A DNA stretch of 35,225 nt from Chloroflexota bacterium (GTDB taxonomy: Bacteria; Chloroflexota; Limnocylindria; Limnocylindrales; CSP1-4), in assembly GCA_004298915.1 (NCBI GenBank), contig SCTE01000249.1:1-35225 (forward strand). Direction: 5' to 3'. A model generated the notes under the pieces. The model was given only the letters and a program-made list of their open reading frames with translations. It ran no database searches and was not told the origin of the DNA. Shown here one piece after another: positions 1 through 9,020 of this stretch. The position numbers were made by a program, and so were the translations under genes. Each line of letters starts with the position of its first letter. Position 1 is the stretch's first letter.

Positions 1-195
1 CCCCACCTGCTGTTCACGACGTACAACCACATGTCGGCCGTGACCGTCTCGGCCGGCCAGTCCGTTGATCGTGGCCAGCAGGTGGGCCGCGTCGGGCAAT
101 CTGGCAACGCGACCGGCCCGCACCTCCACTTCGAGGTCTGGAAGGGCCCGATCTGGAACGGCGGCTATCGGGTGAACCCGCTCGGCTACTTCTGA
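1..195 (+). CDS. M23/LytM-family metallopeptidase, C-terminal fragment (5' end outside window)
   Basis: Frame 1 reads ...HMSAVTVSAGQSVDRGQQVGRVGQSGNATGPHLHFEVWKGPIWNGGYRVNPLGYF*, with stop TGA at 193-195. The GxSGxxTGPHLHFE block is the M23 HxH zinc motif. Confidence 0.75.
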   Translation, partial: PHLLFTTYNHMSAVTVSAGQSVDRGQQVGRVGQSGNATGPHLHFEVWKGPIWNGGYRVNPLGYF

Positions 196-292
196 TCCGG
201 GCCCGCGGCCGGCGGCCGCGACAACGCCTCGCCGGATCCAGTCCTGTGCGCCCGTGGCCGTGGCGCCCCGAGCCCGTGGGAAGATAGACCCG

Positions 293-1597
293 ATGTTCCT
301 TGACAGCGTGAAGATCCTGGTTCGTGCCGGCGCCGGTGGCGATGGCGCGGCCACGTTCCGCCAGGAGGCCCATGTTCCCCGCGGCGGTCCGGACGGCGGT
401 GATGGCGGACGCGGTGGAACGATCCACCTGGCCGTCGATCCTGGGCAGACGACCTTGCGGGACTTCTCGTATCGCCATCACTTCCGAGCCGATTCCGGCG
501 GCCGTGGCTCCCGTGCCCGTCGTCATGGCAAGGCCGGGACCGACCTGGTCCTTGCCGTTCCACCCGGGACCGCGGTCTACGACGATGCCACCGGCGAGCT
601 CATCGCGGACCTCGTGGCCACTGGCCAGACGGCGATGGTTGCCCGGGGCGGCCGCGGCGGTCTTGGCAACACGCACTTCAAGACGTCCACCCACCAGGCC
701 CCGAAGCATGCCCAGAAGGGAGAGCCTGGAGAGGAGCGCTGGGTGCGCCTGGAGCTCCGGCTCATCGCCGATATCGGCCTCGTCGGCCTCCCGAACGCCG
801 GAAAGTCCACCCTCCTCGCGGCGCTGACCGCGGCCCGTCCGAAGATCGCCGACTACCCGTTCACCACCCTCGAGCCGAACCTCGGCGTCATGGATCTCGG
901 CATGGAGGACCGGCGCCTGCCGACCATTGCCGATGTCCCCGGCCTCATCGAGGGCGCCAGCGAGGGGGCCGGCCTCGGCCACGCGTTCCTGCGCCACATC
1001 GAGCGGACGCGGGTGCTCGTGCACCTCGTCGATGGCGCCGGCCGCGACCCCGAATGGGACCACCAGGTGATCCGGGACGAGCTGGAGGCACACGATCCGG
1101 CACTCCTCGAGAAACCCATGCTGATCGCGTTCAACAAGATGGACCTCCCGGCCGCGGCCGATGCATGGCCCGCCTTCCGGGCGGCCCGAGCGCGCGACGG
1201 CATTCCCACGGTTGCGATCGCCGCGGCCGCCGGCACCGGCCTTGACGAGCTCCAGGCCGCGCTCGCCACCCTCCTGCCCACGGCAGAGACGCTCGCCGAA
1301 CCACCGGAACCCACGGGCGTGGTGGTCCATCGGATCGACACGCTCGACGACGGGTTCGGGGTCGAGCGCGATGCGGATGGCGGGTACCGCGTTCGCGGGC
1401 GTCGGGTCGAACGCCTGGCCGCCCAGACGAACTTCGATGTCGAGGAATCAACCGAGCGGTTCCAGCGCGACCTGGCTCGCCTCGGCGTGGACGCCGAACT
1501 GCGACGGGCCGGCGTCGAGCCCGGCGACGTGGTCCGGTTCGGGGAGATCGAGCTCGAGTGGAGCGGCGAGGCCTGGTCGGCCGAGCGATGGGCATGA
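293..1597 (+). CDS. obg: GTPase Obg/CgtA
   Basis: The N-terminus MFLDSVKILVRAGAGGDGAATFRQEAHVPRGGPDGGDGGRGG is the Obg fold. The G-domain motifs GLPNAGKST, DVPGLIEGA and NKMD are present, and there is a C-terminal OCT-like domain. The ATG at 293 is preferred over the track start at 254. Confidence 0.95.
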   Translation: MFLDSVKILVRAGAGGDGAATFRQEAHVPRGGPDGGDGGRGGTIHLAVDPGQTTLRDFSYRHHFRADSGGRGSRARRHGKAGTDLVLAVPPGTAVYDDATGELIADLVATGQTAMVARGGRGGLGNTHFKTSTHQAPKHAQKGEPGEERWVRLELRLIADIGLVGLPNAGKSTLLAALTAARPKIADYPFTTLEPNLGVMDLGMEDRRLPTIADVPGLIEGASEGAGLGHAFLRHIERTRVLVHLVDGAGRDPEWDHQVIRDELEAHDPALLEKPMLIAFNKMDLPAAADAWPAFRAARARDGIPTVAIAAAAGTGLDELQAALATLLPTAETLAEPPEPTGVVVHRIDTLDDGFGVERDADGGYRVRGRRVERLAAQTNFDVEESTERFQRDLARLGVDAELRRAGVEPGDVVRFGEIELEWSGEAWSAERWA

Positions 1598-2292
1598 TCG
1601 TCGGCCCGGCTCCCACGGGTTCGGGCCCGCGAACCGTTGGCGTGATGGGCGGCACATTCGACCCGATTCACCTCGGCCATCTCGCGGTTGCCGAGGAGGC
1701 CCGAGAGGCGCTCGGCCTGCGGACCATCCTGTTCGTACCTGCGGGCGTCCCGCCCCACAAGCCCCAGGGAGCAGTGGCGTCGACCGAGGACCGCGTCGCC
1801 ATGGTCGCGCTGGCCATTGCCGGGAATCCCTCCTTCGCCCTGAGCCGGGTCGACGTTGATCGATCCGGGCCGTCGTATACGAGCGAGAGCATGGCCCTGC
1901 TGCGCCGGGCCATGCTCGATGACGTCGAAGCCGGCGGGGACGGATCCGCACCCTTGGAGGCGGATCCGATTCGCCTGACCCTGATCATGTCGACCGAGAC
2001 GCTCGCCGGCCTTCCCGACTGGCGCAACCCGCGGCGGCTCCTGGAGGAGTGTCGCGTCGCCGTCGTCCCACGGGAGGGGCACGCCCCGCCGAAGCGCGCC
2101 TGGCTTGCCCGGCACTTCCCGGGGCTTGAAGGCCGGTTCGACCTCCTCGCGGGACCCCGCCTCGGGATCTCGTCCACGGAAATCCGCGATCGGGTTGCCG
2201 CGGGGCGCTCCATCCGCTATCTCGTCCCGGACGCGGTCGAGCGGTATATCACCGATCATCACCTGTACGCTCGCGCCTTTGGCGCCAGCTGA
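1588..2292 (+). CDS. nadD: nicotinate-nucleotide adenylyltransferase
   Basis: GVMGGTFDPIHLGHL (HxGH nucleotidyltransferase motif), FVPAGVPPHKP and ISSTEIR. The ATG at 1588 or 1594 overlaps the obg stop (ATGA at 1594-1597). The order obg-nadD-rsfS is conserved. Confidence 0.9.
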   Translation: MGMIVGPAPTGSGPRTVGVMGGTFDPIHLGHLAVAEEAREALGLRTILFVPAGVPPHKPQGAVASTEDRVAMVALAIAGNPSFALSRVDVDRSGPSYTSESMALLRRAMLDDVEAGGDGSAPLEADPIRLTLIMSTETLAGLPDWRNPRRLLEECRVAVVPREGHAPPKRAWLARHFPGLEGRFDLLAGPRLGISSTEIRDRVAAGRSIRYLVPDAVERYITDHHLYARAFGAS

Positions 2293-2316
2293 GTTCGAGC
2301 AAAGGATCGCCCGCCC

Positions 2317-2898
2317 GTGACCGACCCGACCCCCAAGCCGACGCGCAAGCGCACCCGGACTGCCTCGACCGAGGCGGAGCAACCGGGCTCGGGCTCCGTA
2401 CCCGGCGGCGAGGCGCGAGCAGCGACGGACCTGGTCGACGAAGCCGCCGCAACCATCGACGAGGCAACGAGCCCCGCGGCGCAGACGGCGACCGCGACCG
2501 CGGGTCGTGTTCGCGCGGTGGCGAAGGCCCGCAAGGCCGCGGCCGATGCGGATCGCTCGGCGCTCGACGTGGCACGACGGATCGTCGAGCTGGCCGAGGA
2601 CAAGAAGGCCGCCGATATCGTGCTCCTCGACCTCGGTGGCCTGACGACCCTCGCCGACTACTTCGTCGTGTGCTCCGGGGGCTCCGAGCGCCAGCTCGAT
2701 GCGATCGCCAACGGGATCGTCGGTGGCATGCGCGACGAGAAGATCCGGCCCTTTGGCCGTGAAGGCACGCCGGCATCGCACTGGGTGCTCGTGGACTTCG
2801 GCATCGTGATCGTCCACATCTTCACGCCGCCGGAGCGCGAGTTCTACCAGCTCGAGAAGCACTGGTCCGAGGCGAAGACCGTCCTCCGCGTCCAGTAG
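2317..2898 (+). CDS. rsfS: ribosome silencing factor RsfS (iojap-like) with an ~85-aa Ala/Thr/Glu-rich N-terminal extension
   Basis: The C-terminal ~105 aa (ARRIVELAEDKKAADIVLLDL...ADYFVVCSGGSERQLDAIANGI...WVLVDFGIVIVHIFTPPEREFYQLEKHW) match RsfS. The start is GTG. Confidence 0.85.
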   Translation: MTDPTPKPTRKRTRTASTEAEQPGSGSVPGGEARAATDLVDEAAATIDEATSPAAQTATATAGRVRAVAKARKAAADADRSALDVARRIVELAEDKKAADIVLLDLGGLTTLADYFVVCSGGSERQLDAIANGIVGGMRDEKIRPFGREGTPASHWVLVDFGIVIVHIFTPPEREFYQLEKHWSEAKTVLRVQ

Positions 2899-2949
2899 CG
2901 GGACTGGAGCTCCCGCCGCACGTACCGGGCCACCCCGTACCAGCGGGTC

Positions 2950-3234
2950 ATGTCGTGGCCGGAAGCCGGATCGCACCATCTGGCCATGACTTCCATCCAG
3001 GAGCGCTGCCCGGCCTGCCGGCATCGCCTGATCACGACCCGGTTCGACACGGCATTCCGGATGCCGGACCAGTCCGAGCGGCTGTGCTTCAGCATCCCGG
3101 GTGGGCTGTGCGAGGACTGCCACCAGCTGTACATCGATCCGGAGCTCATCGAGCTCCTCGATCTCGGGGCCGGCCGGTGCACCTTCGCGATCGAGAGCGA
3201 TCTCGTCGTCCAGGAGCAGGCCTGGTCGGCATGA
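2950..3234 (+). CDS. hypothetical small Cys-rich (CxxC...CxxC) zinc-ribbon-like protein
   Basis: 94-aa ORF with high third-position GC. It contains CPAC (aa 20-23) and CEDC (aa 54-57) pairs. An alternative start is the ATG at 2986. I recognise no family. Confidence 0.45.
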   Translation: MSWPEAGSHHLAMTSIQERCPACRHRLITTRFDTAFRMPDQSERLCFSIPGGLCEDCHQLYIDPELIELLDLGAGRCTFAIESDLVVQEQAWSA

Positions 3235-3351
3235 CCCCCCGGCGACCGATCTCCGGTCGGATGGCCCTCGTCCGCCGCCGACCGCACATGGTCCGGGGCG
3301 AGCAGAGCGCACGACTCCCCGCCTGGCTGCGCCACCAGCTTCCGGAGCGGG

Positions 3352-4419
3352 TCAGCCGGGCGACCCGACCCGATCCGCAATCCACAGGTCAAACGCCAGC
3401 CTGACCTGTCCGTCGCCGGCCGTCGCGCCGCCGACGCCCTTGACCCGCGCGTCGAGGTCGAGCAGGCCCTCCATCGCACTCGTGAGTTCCTGGACCGTCC
3501 ACGCCTGCGCCTGACGGGCGAGCGTCTCCGCGCGAAACGGCTGCAGGTGCATCGACCGGACGAGGGACCCGGGGGTCTCGCCCCCCGACACGCGGTCGGC
3601 GATCTCGATGAGCTCGCGAAGTCGCCGATGGAGCACGGCGAGGAGGACGGGCTCGGGTGTGCCGTCGAGGAGCGGTTCCAGGAGATCGAGTGCCCGCGTT
3701 CGCTGGCGCAGCCCGACCGCATCCACGAACCCCCAGACGGTGCCCGGCACGGCCTCGGGCACGAGCGCGCGGACATCTTCGACGGTCACCGGTGACGCCG
3801 ATCCGACATCGGTCCCGGTCGACGCGTGGAGGAGGCTGAGCTTGTCGAGTTCCATGACCGCGAGGCGGCCCTGGTTGCGGCGATCGACGTCGCCCTCGCG
3901 CACGAAGCCGCCAACGCGCGTGGCAAGCTCGCGCGCCGCGCCCTGGCCGAGCGGGATCTTCCGCTCGCGGGCACGCGCCTCGATCCAGGCCGCGAGGCCG
4001 CCCTCCCGCGGCGCCTCGAATCGACGGACGTCGCCGCCGACCGCGCGAACGGCCTCGGCCAGGCTCTTCGCCGGCGGATCCTTCTTGCCCGAGTCGGTCT
4101 CCTCGGCCACGACGAGCCCATTGCCGTCGGCGATGAGCCCGATCGTCTCGATCAGGAACGCGCGATCGGTGCCCTTGCGAACGAGGGGCCCGGCGTTCGA
4201 CAGGATCGCGATCGTGCCGGCGCCGAACATCGTGCCGGTCGCGACCCGGGTCCGCAGCTCGCCAAGGAGGCGCATCGGGTCGGTGTTATCGGCCCGGATC
4301 CGCCAGCGCTCCGGGACGCCCCCGGGGAATCGCAGCGGGTCTCGGCGGAAGGTCTCGACGGCGGCATCGATCCCGTAGGCATCGTCGCCCCAGAAGTAGG
4401 CAACCGCAGTCGGGCTCAC
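3352..4419 (-). CDS. holA: DNA polymerase III delta subunit
   Basis: 355 aa. The N-terminus is YFWGDDAYGIDAAVETFRR. The size and position directly after comEC match the conserved comEA-comEC-holA order, and the AAA+-like delta architecture fits. Confidence 0.8.
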   Translation of the reverse strand: MSPTAVAYFWGDDAYGIDAAVETFRRDPLRFPGGVPERWRIRADNTDPMRLLGELRTRVATGTMFGAGTIAILSNAGPLVRKGTDRAFLIETIGLIADGNGLVVAEETDSGKKDPPAKSLAEAVRAVGGDVRRFEAPREGGLAAWIEARARERKIPLGQGAARELATRVGGFVREGDVDRRNQGRLAVMELDKLSLLHASTGTDVGSASPVTVEDVRALVPEAVPGTVWGFVDAVGLRQRTRALDLLEPLLDGTPEPVLLAVLHRRLRELIEIADRVSGGETPGSLVRSMHLQPFRAETLARQAQAWTVQELTSAMEGLLDLDARVKGVGGATAGDGQVRLAFDLWIADRVGSPG

Positions 4420-4425
4420 GCGGCC

Positions 4426-7212
4426 TCACCGCCGCCGGGCCGACGACCCGAACCGGCGCCCGGGTTCGCCGCCGGCGGCGGCGGGGAGTGCGGCGAGCGG
4501 GCGCAACGGAATCGGCGGCGGAGCATCGACTGCATCGTACCGGAGGGCCGGCCCGACCCCGGTCCACGGACGCGTCGCGATCGCGGGCTCCGATGCCGGG
4601 CTGGGACTCGCCGGTGGTGGGACCGCCACGGGCCCGGACAGTGGCAGGGCACAGAAGAAGGGGCTGGCGGCCGGCCCGGCCCAGGCCCCCGCCCCGGTCG
4701 CCGGCGGTGCGCTCGACGGCACCGGGGCCGACGCCAGGACCGCGCCGCTGGACACGGCAGTGCGGGCGCCGGTCGATCGAACGCGGACGCGGCCGATGCC
4801 GAGATCGACGGTGACCGTGCCGTCCTCGTCGGTCCGCAGCACGCGAGCGCCGGCCGCCGTGAGCCGCGCGACCGTCGCCGGCGCCGGATGGCCGTACGGA
4901 TTGCCGCGACCGGCCGAGATCACCGCGAACGACGGACGAACCGCCGCCACCAGCGCCTCCGTCGACGAAGTCCGCGACCCGTGGTGGGCGACCTTGAGCA
5001 GGTCCACGGTCGGCAGGCCCTCGGCGAGCAGGTGCGGGTCGATCTGCTCCTCGACGTCACCGGCCAGCAGCACGCGATGCCCGTCGACCTCGCCGAGCAG
5101 CACGATCGAGACGTTGTTGATGCCGGTGCCGCCGTCGGTCGGACGCTCCGGGACCGAACCGGGGTCGGGCCACATGACGCGAAACGCGAACTCGTCGATG
5201 CGGAGGCGGTCCCCGGTCGCGAGCGTGCCACGTCGAATGCCGAGCCGCGTCAACTCGGCATTGAGCGCCTGGTATCCCGGCCCCGGCCCGAACATCCCCG
5301 GTTCGTACACCTGGCCGACGGCATACCGGTCGATCAGGGCCGCGAGGCCGGCAGCGTGGTCCTCGTGGGGGTGGGACAGGATCATGACATCGATCCGTCG
5401 ATCCCAGGGTGGGAGGTGCTCATCGAGTGCCACGAGCAGGCGGCCCGGATCGGGCCCGCCATCGATCAGCAGGCGACCCCCGTGCCCGCCCTCGACGAGG
5501 ATCGCATCCCCCTGCCCGACATCGAGCACCACCACCCGGGGCGTTCCGTCCGGTTGATGGACGACGGCAACGGCCAGCCCGGCGACCGAGCCCGCGAGGC
5601 AGGCCGCGGCCAGCCGTCCGGCACGCGACCGCCACCAGGACACCGGCCCGTTGCCGCGTTGTCGGCCGGGGGACGGCCTTGTCGAGTGCGTCGCCGGAGC
5701 GCCCGGCGGCTTGACTTCCGCCGGGCGCGCATCCGACGACTCGGCGTTCAAGCGGATCGTCGCGGCGATCATCGCCATCGCGGCCGCGGCGGCAACCACG
5801 ACGGGCCACGGATCTGCGAGCTGGACGCTCGCGAACGGCACGCCGGCGCCGGCTCGAACGACGCCGACCATCAGCGAGAACAGGAGCCAGGCCGGAAGCC
5901 CGATCAGGGAGGCCGCGATCGCCGGCAGTCCGGCCATCGCCAGCAGGCCGCCACCCATCGCGACGACCCCGGCGCCCATCGCCGGCGCAACCAGCGGCAC
6001 GACGCCGAGGTTCACCACGGGCGACACCAGGGACAGCCGTCCGAACGTCAGGACGACGATCGGCAGCGTCGCCAGCTGGGCGGCGAGCGAGACGCCGAGG
6101 CTTTCCGCAAGCCACGCCCGGAGCCGCCCGGGCGCCTTGCCGGCGAGCCGCTCCGTGAACGGCGTGGCCCACGCGATGAGGCCGACGGTCGCGAGGGCCG
6201 AAAGCTGGAATCCGACATCATCGACCAGGCTCGGGTCGAGCACGAGGAGTCCGGTGCCGGCCCACCCGATCGCTGCCGCCGCGCGACTCGGGCGACCGAG
6301 CTCGCGGGCACCCATGACGACGCCGGCCATGGCCGCCGCCCGGACGACGGACGGGGAGGGACCGACGAACGCGACGTAGGCCACGATCGCGAGTGCCGTC
6401 AGCGCGACCCGGCGACGCCGCGCCACCCTGCCGGCGACGGCGGCAAGCGTGGTCGCGACGATCGCGATGTTCCAGCCCGAGATGGCGACCACATGCGTGG
6501 CCCCGACGGTCGTGAACGCGGCCGAGAGGTCACGATCAACCCGGTCCCGCAGGCCGATGAGGATCCCGCTCGCCAGGCCGGCCTGGGGTTCGGGGATCGC
6601 CCGCCGGAGGGCCTGATCCGCGCCGCGCCGGAGGGCCTCGAGCGAACGGGCGAGACTGCCTTCCTCGGGGAGGACCGACAACCCGGATGCGCGAATCGTC
6701 GCGGTGATGCCGATTCGCGCGAGGTACGCCCCATACGGATCGTCGCTCGGGGGCGCCCGGAGGGCTCCGCTGACGGTGACGCGATCTCCGGGCACGATGA
6801 TCGGGAAGCCCGGCAGGGTGCTCGCGACGCGCAGGCCGGCCGGGTCCGTGAGTTCGATGACCGCCAGCTGCTGGCCGGCCCGTGGGGGACTGATCGTGAT
6901 GACCGTGGCCGGCCAGGGACCACGGCCCGCCGGGAGCTCAGCGGCCACCGCGGGCGCTTCCGATCGCGGGATCGCGATCGAGCGTCCGGCCACGAGGAGG
7001 ACGCCGAGCACAACGAGGATCAGCCAGCGCACCACGGCCGCGGCACGGCCCCGGGATCGGCCGCTCCGGCGCACCCACTGGATCGAAGCGGCACCGGCCA
7101 GGAGGCCACTCCCGGCGCCGAGGGCGACCACCACGATGCCGCCGACTGACCGATCACGAACCAGGATCGCGCCGAGGACCGTTCCGATGACGATCCAGCC
7201 GCTGCCGGGCAC
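4426..7212 (-). CDS. comEC: ComEC/Rec2 DNA internalisation channel with C-terminal metallo-beta-lactamase domain
   Basis: The central region is polytopic membrane. The MBL motifs are VLDVGQGDAILV and ILSHPHEDHAAGL, followed by VAHHGSRTSS...GRGNPYGHP. GTG start at 7212. Confidence 0.9.
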   Translation of the reverse strand: MPGSGWIVIGTVLGAILVRDRSVGGIVVVALGAGSGLLAGAASIQWVRRSGRSRGRAAAVVRWLILVVLGVLLVAGRSIAIPRSEAPAVAAELPAGRGPWPATVITISPPRAGQQLAVIELTDPAGLRVASTLPGFPIIVPGDRVTVSGALRAPPSDDPYGAYLARIGITATIRASGLSVLPEEGSLARSLEALRRGADQALRRAIPEPQAGLASGILIGLRDRVDRDLSAAFTTVGATHVVAISGWNIAIVATTLAAVAGRVARRRRVALTALAIVAYVAFVGPSPSVVRAAAMAGVVMGARELGRPSRAAAAIGWAGTGLLVLDPSLVDDVGFQLSALATVGLIAWATPFTERLAGKAPGRLRAWLAESLGVSLAAQLATLPIVVLTFGRLSLVSPVVNLGVVPLVAPAMGAGVVAMGGGLLAMAGLPAIAASLIGLPAWLLFSLMVGVVRAGAGVPFASVQLADPWPVVVAAAAAMAMIAATIRLNAESSDARPAEVKPPGAPATHSTRPSPGRQRGNGPVSWWRSRAGRLAAACLAGSVAGLAVAVVHQPDGTPRVVVLDVGQGDAILVEGGHGGRLLIDGGPDPGRLLVALDEHLPPWDRRIDVMILSHPHEDHAAGLAALIDRYAVGQVYEPGMFGPGPGYQALNAELTRLGIRRGTLATGDRLRIDEFAFRVMWPDPGSVPERPTDGGTGINNVSIVLLGEVDGHRVLLAGDVEEQIDPHLLAEGLPTVDLLKVAHHGSRTSSTEALVAAVRPSFAVISAGRGNPYGHPAPATVARLTAAGARVLRTDEDGTVTVDLGIGRVRVRSTGARTAVSSGAVLASAPVPSSAPPATGAGAWAGPAASPFFCALPLSGPVAVPPPASPSPASEPAIATRPWTGVGPALRYDAVDAPPPIPLRPLAALPAAAGGEPGRRFGSSARRR

Positions 7213-7214
7213 GC

Positions 7215-8009
7215 TCAGCGCACGGTGACGAGCTCACGCAGCCCGTCGAACGTCTTCTGTCCGACGAGCTTGCGGCCGAGCAGGTCTTCGACCTTCGAGA
7301 ACGGTGCCGATTCCCGCGAACTGATGATCTTGGCGGCCGTCACGGGCCCGATCCCCGGAAGCGAATCGAGTTCGGCGGACGTGGCGCGGTTGAGGTCGAT
7401 GAGGGCAGCCGTGCCACCCCCGGATCCCGCGCTGGATCCGACCCCGCCGGATGCGGGCCCACCACCGCCGGTGCCGCCACTCGTCGCAGGGTCATCCCGG
7501 GACGGCACGAACAGGTGCTGGCCATCGCTCAGGGGCGCCGCCAGGTTCAACTCGAGGGCGACCCGTCGCGCGTCGACGCGCGGACCGTAGCCACCGGCAA
7601 TCGCGATCGCGTCGGCGACCCGGGAATCCGGTGGCATCCGGTAGACGCCCGGGTCCACCACGGCACCGGCGACGTCGACGATCAGCACGGCACTCGTCGT
7701 TGCCGCGGTCGTCCGCTCCGGCGAGCCGCCAGCGGATGAATCGACCTCGACCGCGGCCGTTGATGACCCCCCGCCGGCCACGACGACCGCGGCGATCACG
7801 AGGAGCGTTGTCGCGCCGACGATCGAGGCGACGATCCCGAGCGGCGGGCCCCCGGCATGCGGGGACGGCGCCTGGGAGCCATTGCTGCTCTGCGGTGCGG
7901 CGTCGTCCGGGGCCTCGAAGGCGCGCCATGGCAGCGTCGACTGGTCCACGATGTTCCTCGCCCGGCGGGTCTGCGGGCGGGGAGTGGTACGTCCCGACCG
8001 CCGGGGCAC
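7215..8009 (-). CDS. comEA: ComEA-like DNA receptor (TM anchor, SLBB-like region, C-terminal helix-hairpin-helix)
   Basis: The C-terminus LIDLNRATSAELDSLPGIGPVTAAKIISSRESAPFSKVEDLL is the ComEA HhH motif. A TM segment (GIVASIVGATTLLVIAAVVVAG) is present. The gene lies immediately upstream of comEC. Confidence 0.85.
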   Translation of the reverse strand: MPRRSGRTTPRPQTRRARNIVDQSTLPWRAFEAPDDAAPQSSNGSQAPSPHAGGPPLGIVASIVGATTLLVIAAVVVAGGGSSTAAVEVDSSAGGSPERTTAATTSAVLIVDVAGAVVDPGVYRMPPDSRVADAIAIAGGYGPRVDARRVALELNLAAPLSDGQHLFVPSRDDPATSGGTGGGGPASGGVGSSAGSGGGTAALIDLNRATSAELDSLPGIGPVTAAKIISSRESAPFSKVEDLLGRKLVGQKTFDGLRELVTVR

Positions 8010-8113
8010 ATCGTCGGACGGGACGTTCGCAAACTCTAGGATCGACGGCTTATCTGCCGCTTATCCGGGTAGCGGCGATCCGGGGGCCCGCCGGCACGCG
8101 GGGCCGGGTTTGG

Positions 8114-8536
8114 CTAGCGCGGGAGTTGCTCCCACTCGACCCAGCGCGTTCCGTCCCACCAGCGATGCCACGTCGTCTCGTCCCGGCCGAGCGCGAACAC
8201 GTCGAGCCGATCGGGTCCCCAGGACGTGGCCACCGGCGCTTCCGCGGCATCGAGATCGCCGCCGAGCGACTCCCATGCATGCCATGAGGTTCCGTCCCAG
8301 TAGCGGTTCCAGAGCTCGCCGTCCGGCATGACCCCGAAGACCTCCATCTGGTCAACGGCCCAGGCCGTGACCGCGGGAGCTGACGCCAGCGTCCCGCCCA
8401 GGGACTCGGCGGTCTGCCAGCGGCCGTCGGCAAACGCCTCGTGGATCAGGGCGCCGTCGAAGTCCACCCAGAATCGGTCGATCCGACCGGGGCCCCAGGA
8501 GACCGCTGCCATGCCGTTGCGCCGTCGATTGCTCAT
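8114..8536 (-). CDS. hypothetical Trp-rich repeat protein with three ~45-aa beta-propeller-blade-like repeats (lectin-like)
   Basis: From the ATG at 8536 there are three repeats with consensus AP.V.SWGPDR.DVF....DG.LWHR.WDG..W..WESLGG. They resemble the blade repeats of PLL/RSL-type or 'DUF346'-type propellers. That resemblance is from memory and has not been checked by a search. Confidence 0.6.
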   Translation of the reverse strand: MSNRRRNGMAAVSWGPGRIDRFWVDFDGALIHEAFADGRWQTAESLGGTLASAPAVTAWAVDQMEVFGVMPDGELWNRYWDGTSWHAWESLGGDLDAAEAPVATSWGPDRLDVFALGRDETTWHRWWDGTRWVEWEQLPR

Positions 8537-8595
8537 GGCAGCACGGTAGCGCGACGCCGGGGCCTCGTCGACCCCGGACTGCGCCGAGGCGGCCG

Positions 8596-8814
8596 TCAGA
8601 CTGCCGGATCGCAAGATGCCGGCTTCGGTCGGCCGCTGACGTCGAGCCAGGTGCGGAACCGCGCAACGCCGGCGGCGATCCGCCGGCCCAGCGACAGGCT
8701 CCGGGCCGGCCGGCGTTCGGCCGCGCGAATCAGCTTCCAGCGTCGTGCTTCATCGGCCTCCCGAAGGAGGTCCTGGAGGTGCTCGGTGGCTAGTTGCGCG
8801 AGGAACGGGTTCAT
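8596..8814 (-). CDS. hypothetical small protein (72 aa)
   Basis: The ORF begins MNPFLAQLATEHLQDLLREADEARRWKLIRAAERR. A GGAG lies 6 nt upstream of the ATG at 8814. It is co-directional with the flanking small peptide and the propeller gene. Confidence 0.4.
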   Translation of the reverse strand: MNPFLAQLATEHLQDLLREADEARRWKLIRAAERRPARSLSLGRRIAAGVARFRTWLDVSGRPKPASCDPAV

Positions 8815-8868
8815 GCGGGTCTCCACTGGGTGTCGGCTGCTTCGGGCCGTGTCGTGCGGGCGCCCGGG

Positions 8869-8997
8869 CTAGCGGGCGTGGTCGTCGCCATAGGAAGGGC
8901 GGGAATCGGCCCCCAACCCCGAGCTCATCAGGGCAAGCAGGCTGAAGCCACCGGCGATCGACGCGGCGATGAGGAAGAAGGCAAAGATGGTGATCAT
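8869..8997 (-). CDS. small hydrophobic (single-TM) peptide, 42 aa; absent from the ORF track (<60 aa)
   Basis: AGGAG lies 8 nt upstream of the ATG at 8997. The peptide is MITIFAFFLIAASIAGGFSLLALMSSGLGADSRPSYGDDHAR, ending in TAG at 8869-8871. About 36 of 42 codons end in G or C. Confidence 0.45.
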   Translation of the reverse strand: MITIFAFFLIAASIAGGFSLLALMSSGLGADSRPSYGDDHAR

Positions 8998-9020
8998 GGT
9001 GGACGCTCCTGACCCTTACA

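Noticed and set aside
853-3312. 819-aa minus-strand ORF spanning obg, nadD and rsfS
   Set aside because: It is antisense to three genes with strong homology-type evidence. The translation is Arg/Pro/Gly/Ala-rich with no motifs, which is typical of a high-GC shadow ORF.
3826-7149. 1107-aa plus-strand ORF opposite holA/comEC
   Set aside because: It is antisense to well-supported comEC and holA. Its composition is extremely Arg/Gly/Asp/Pro-biased and low in complexity, so it is a shadow ORF.
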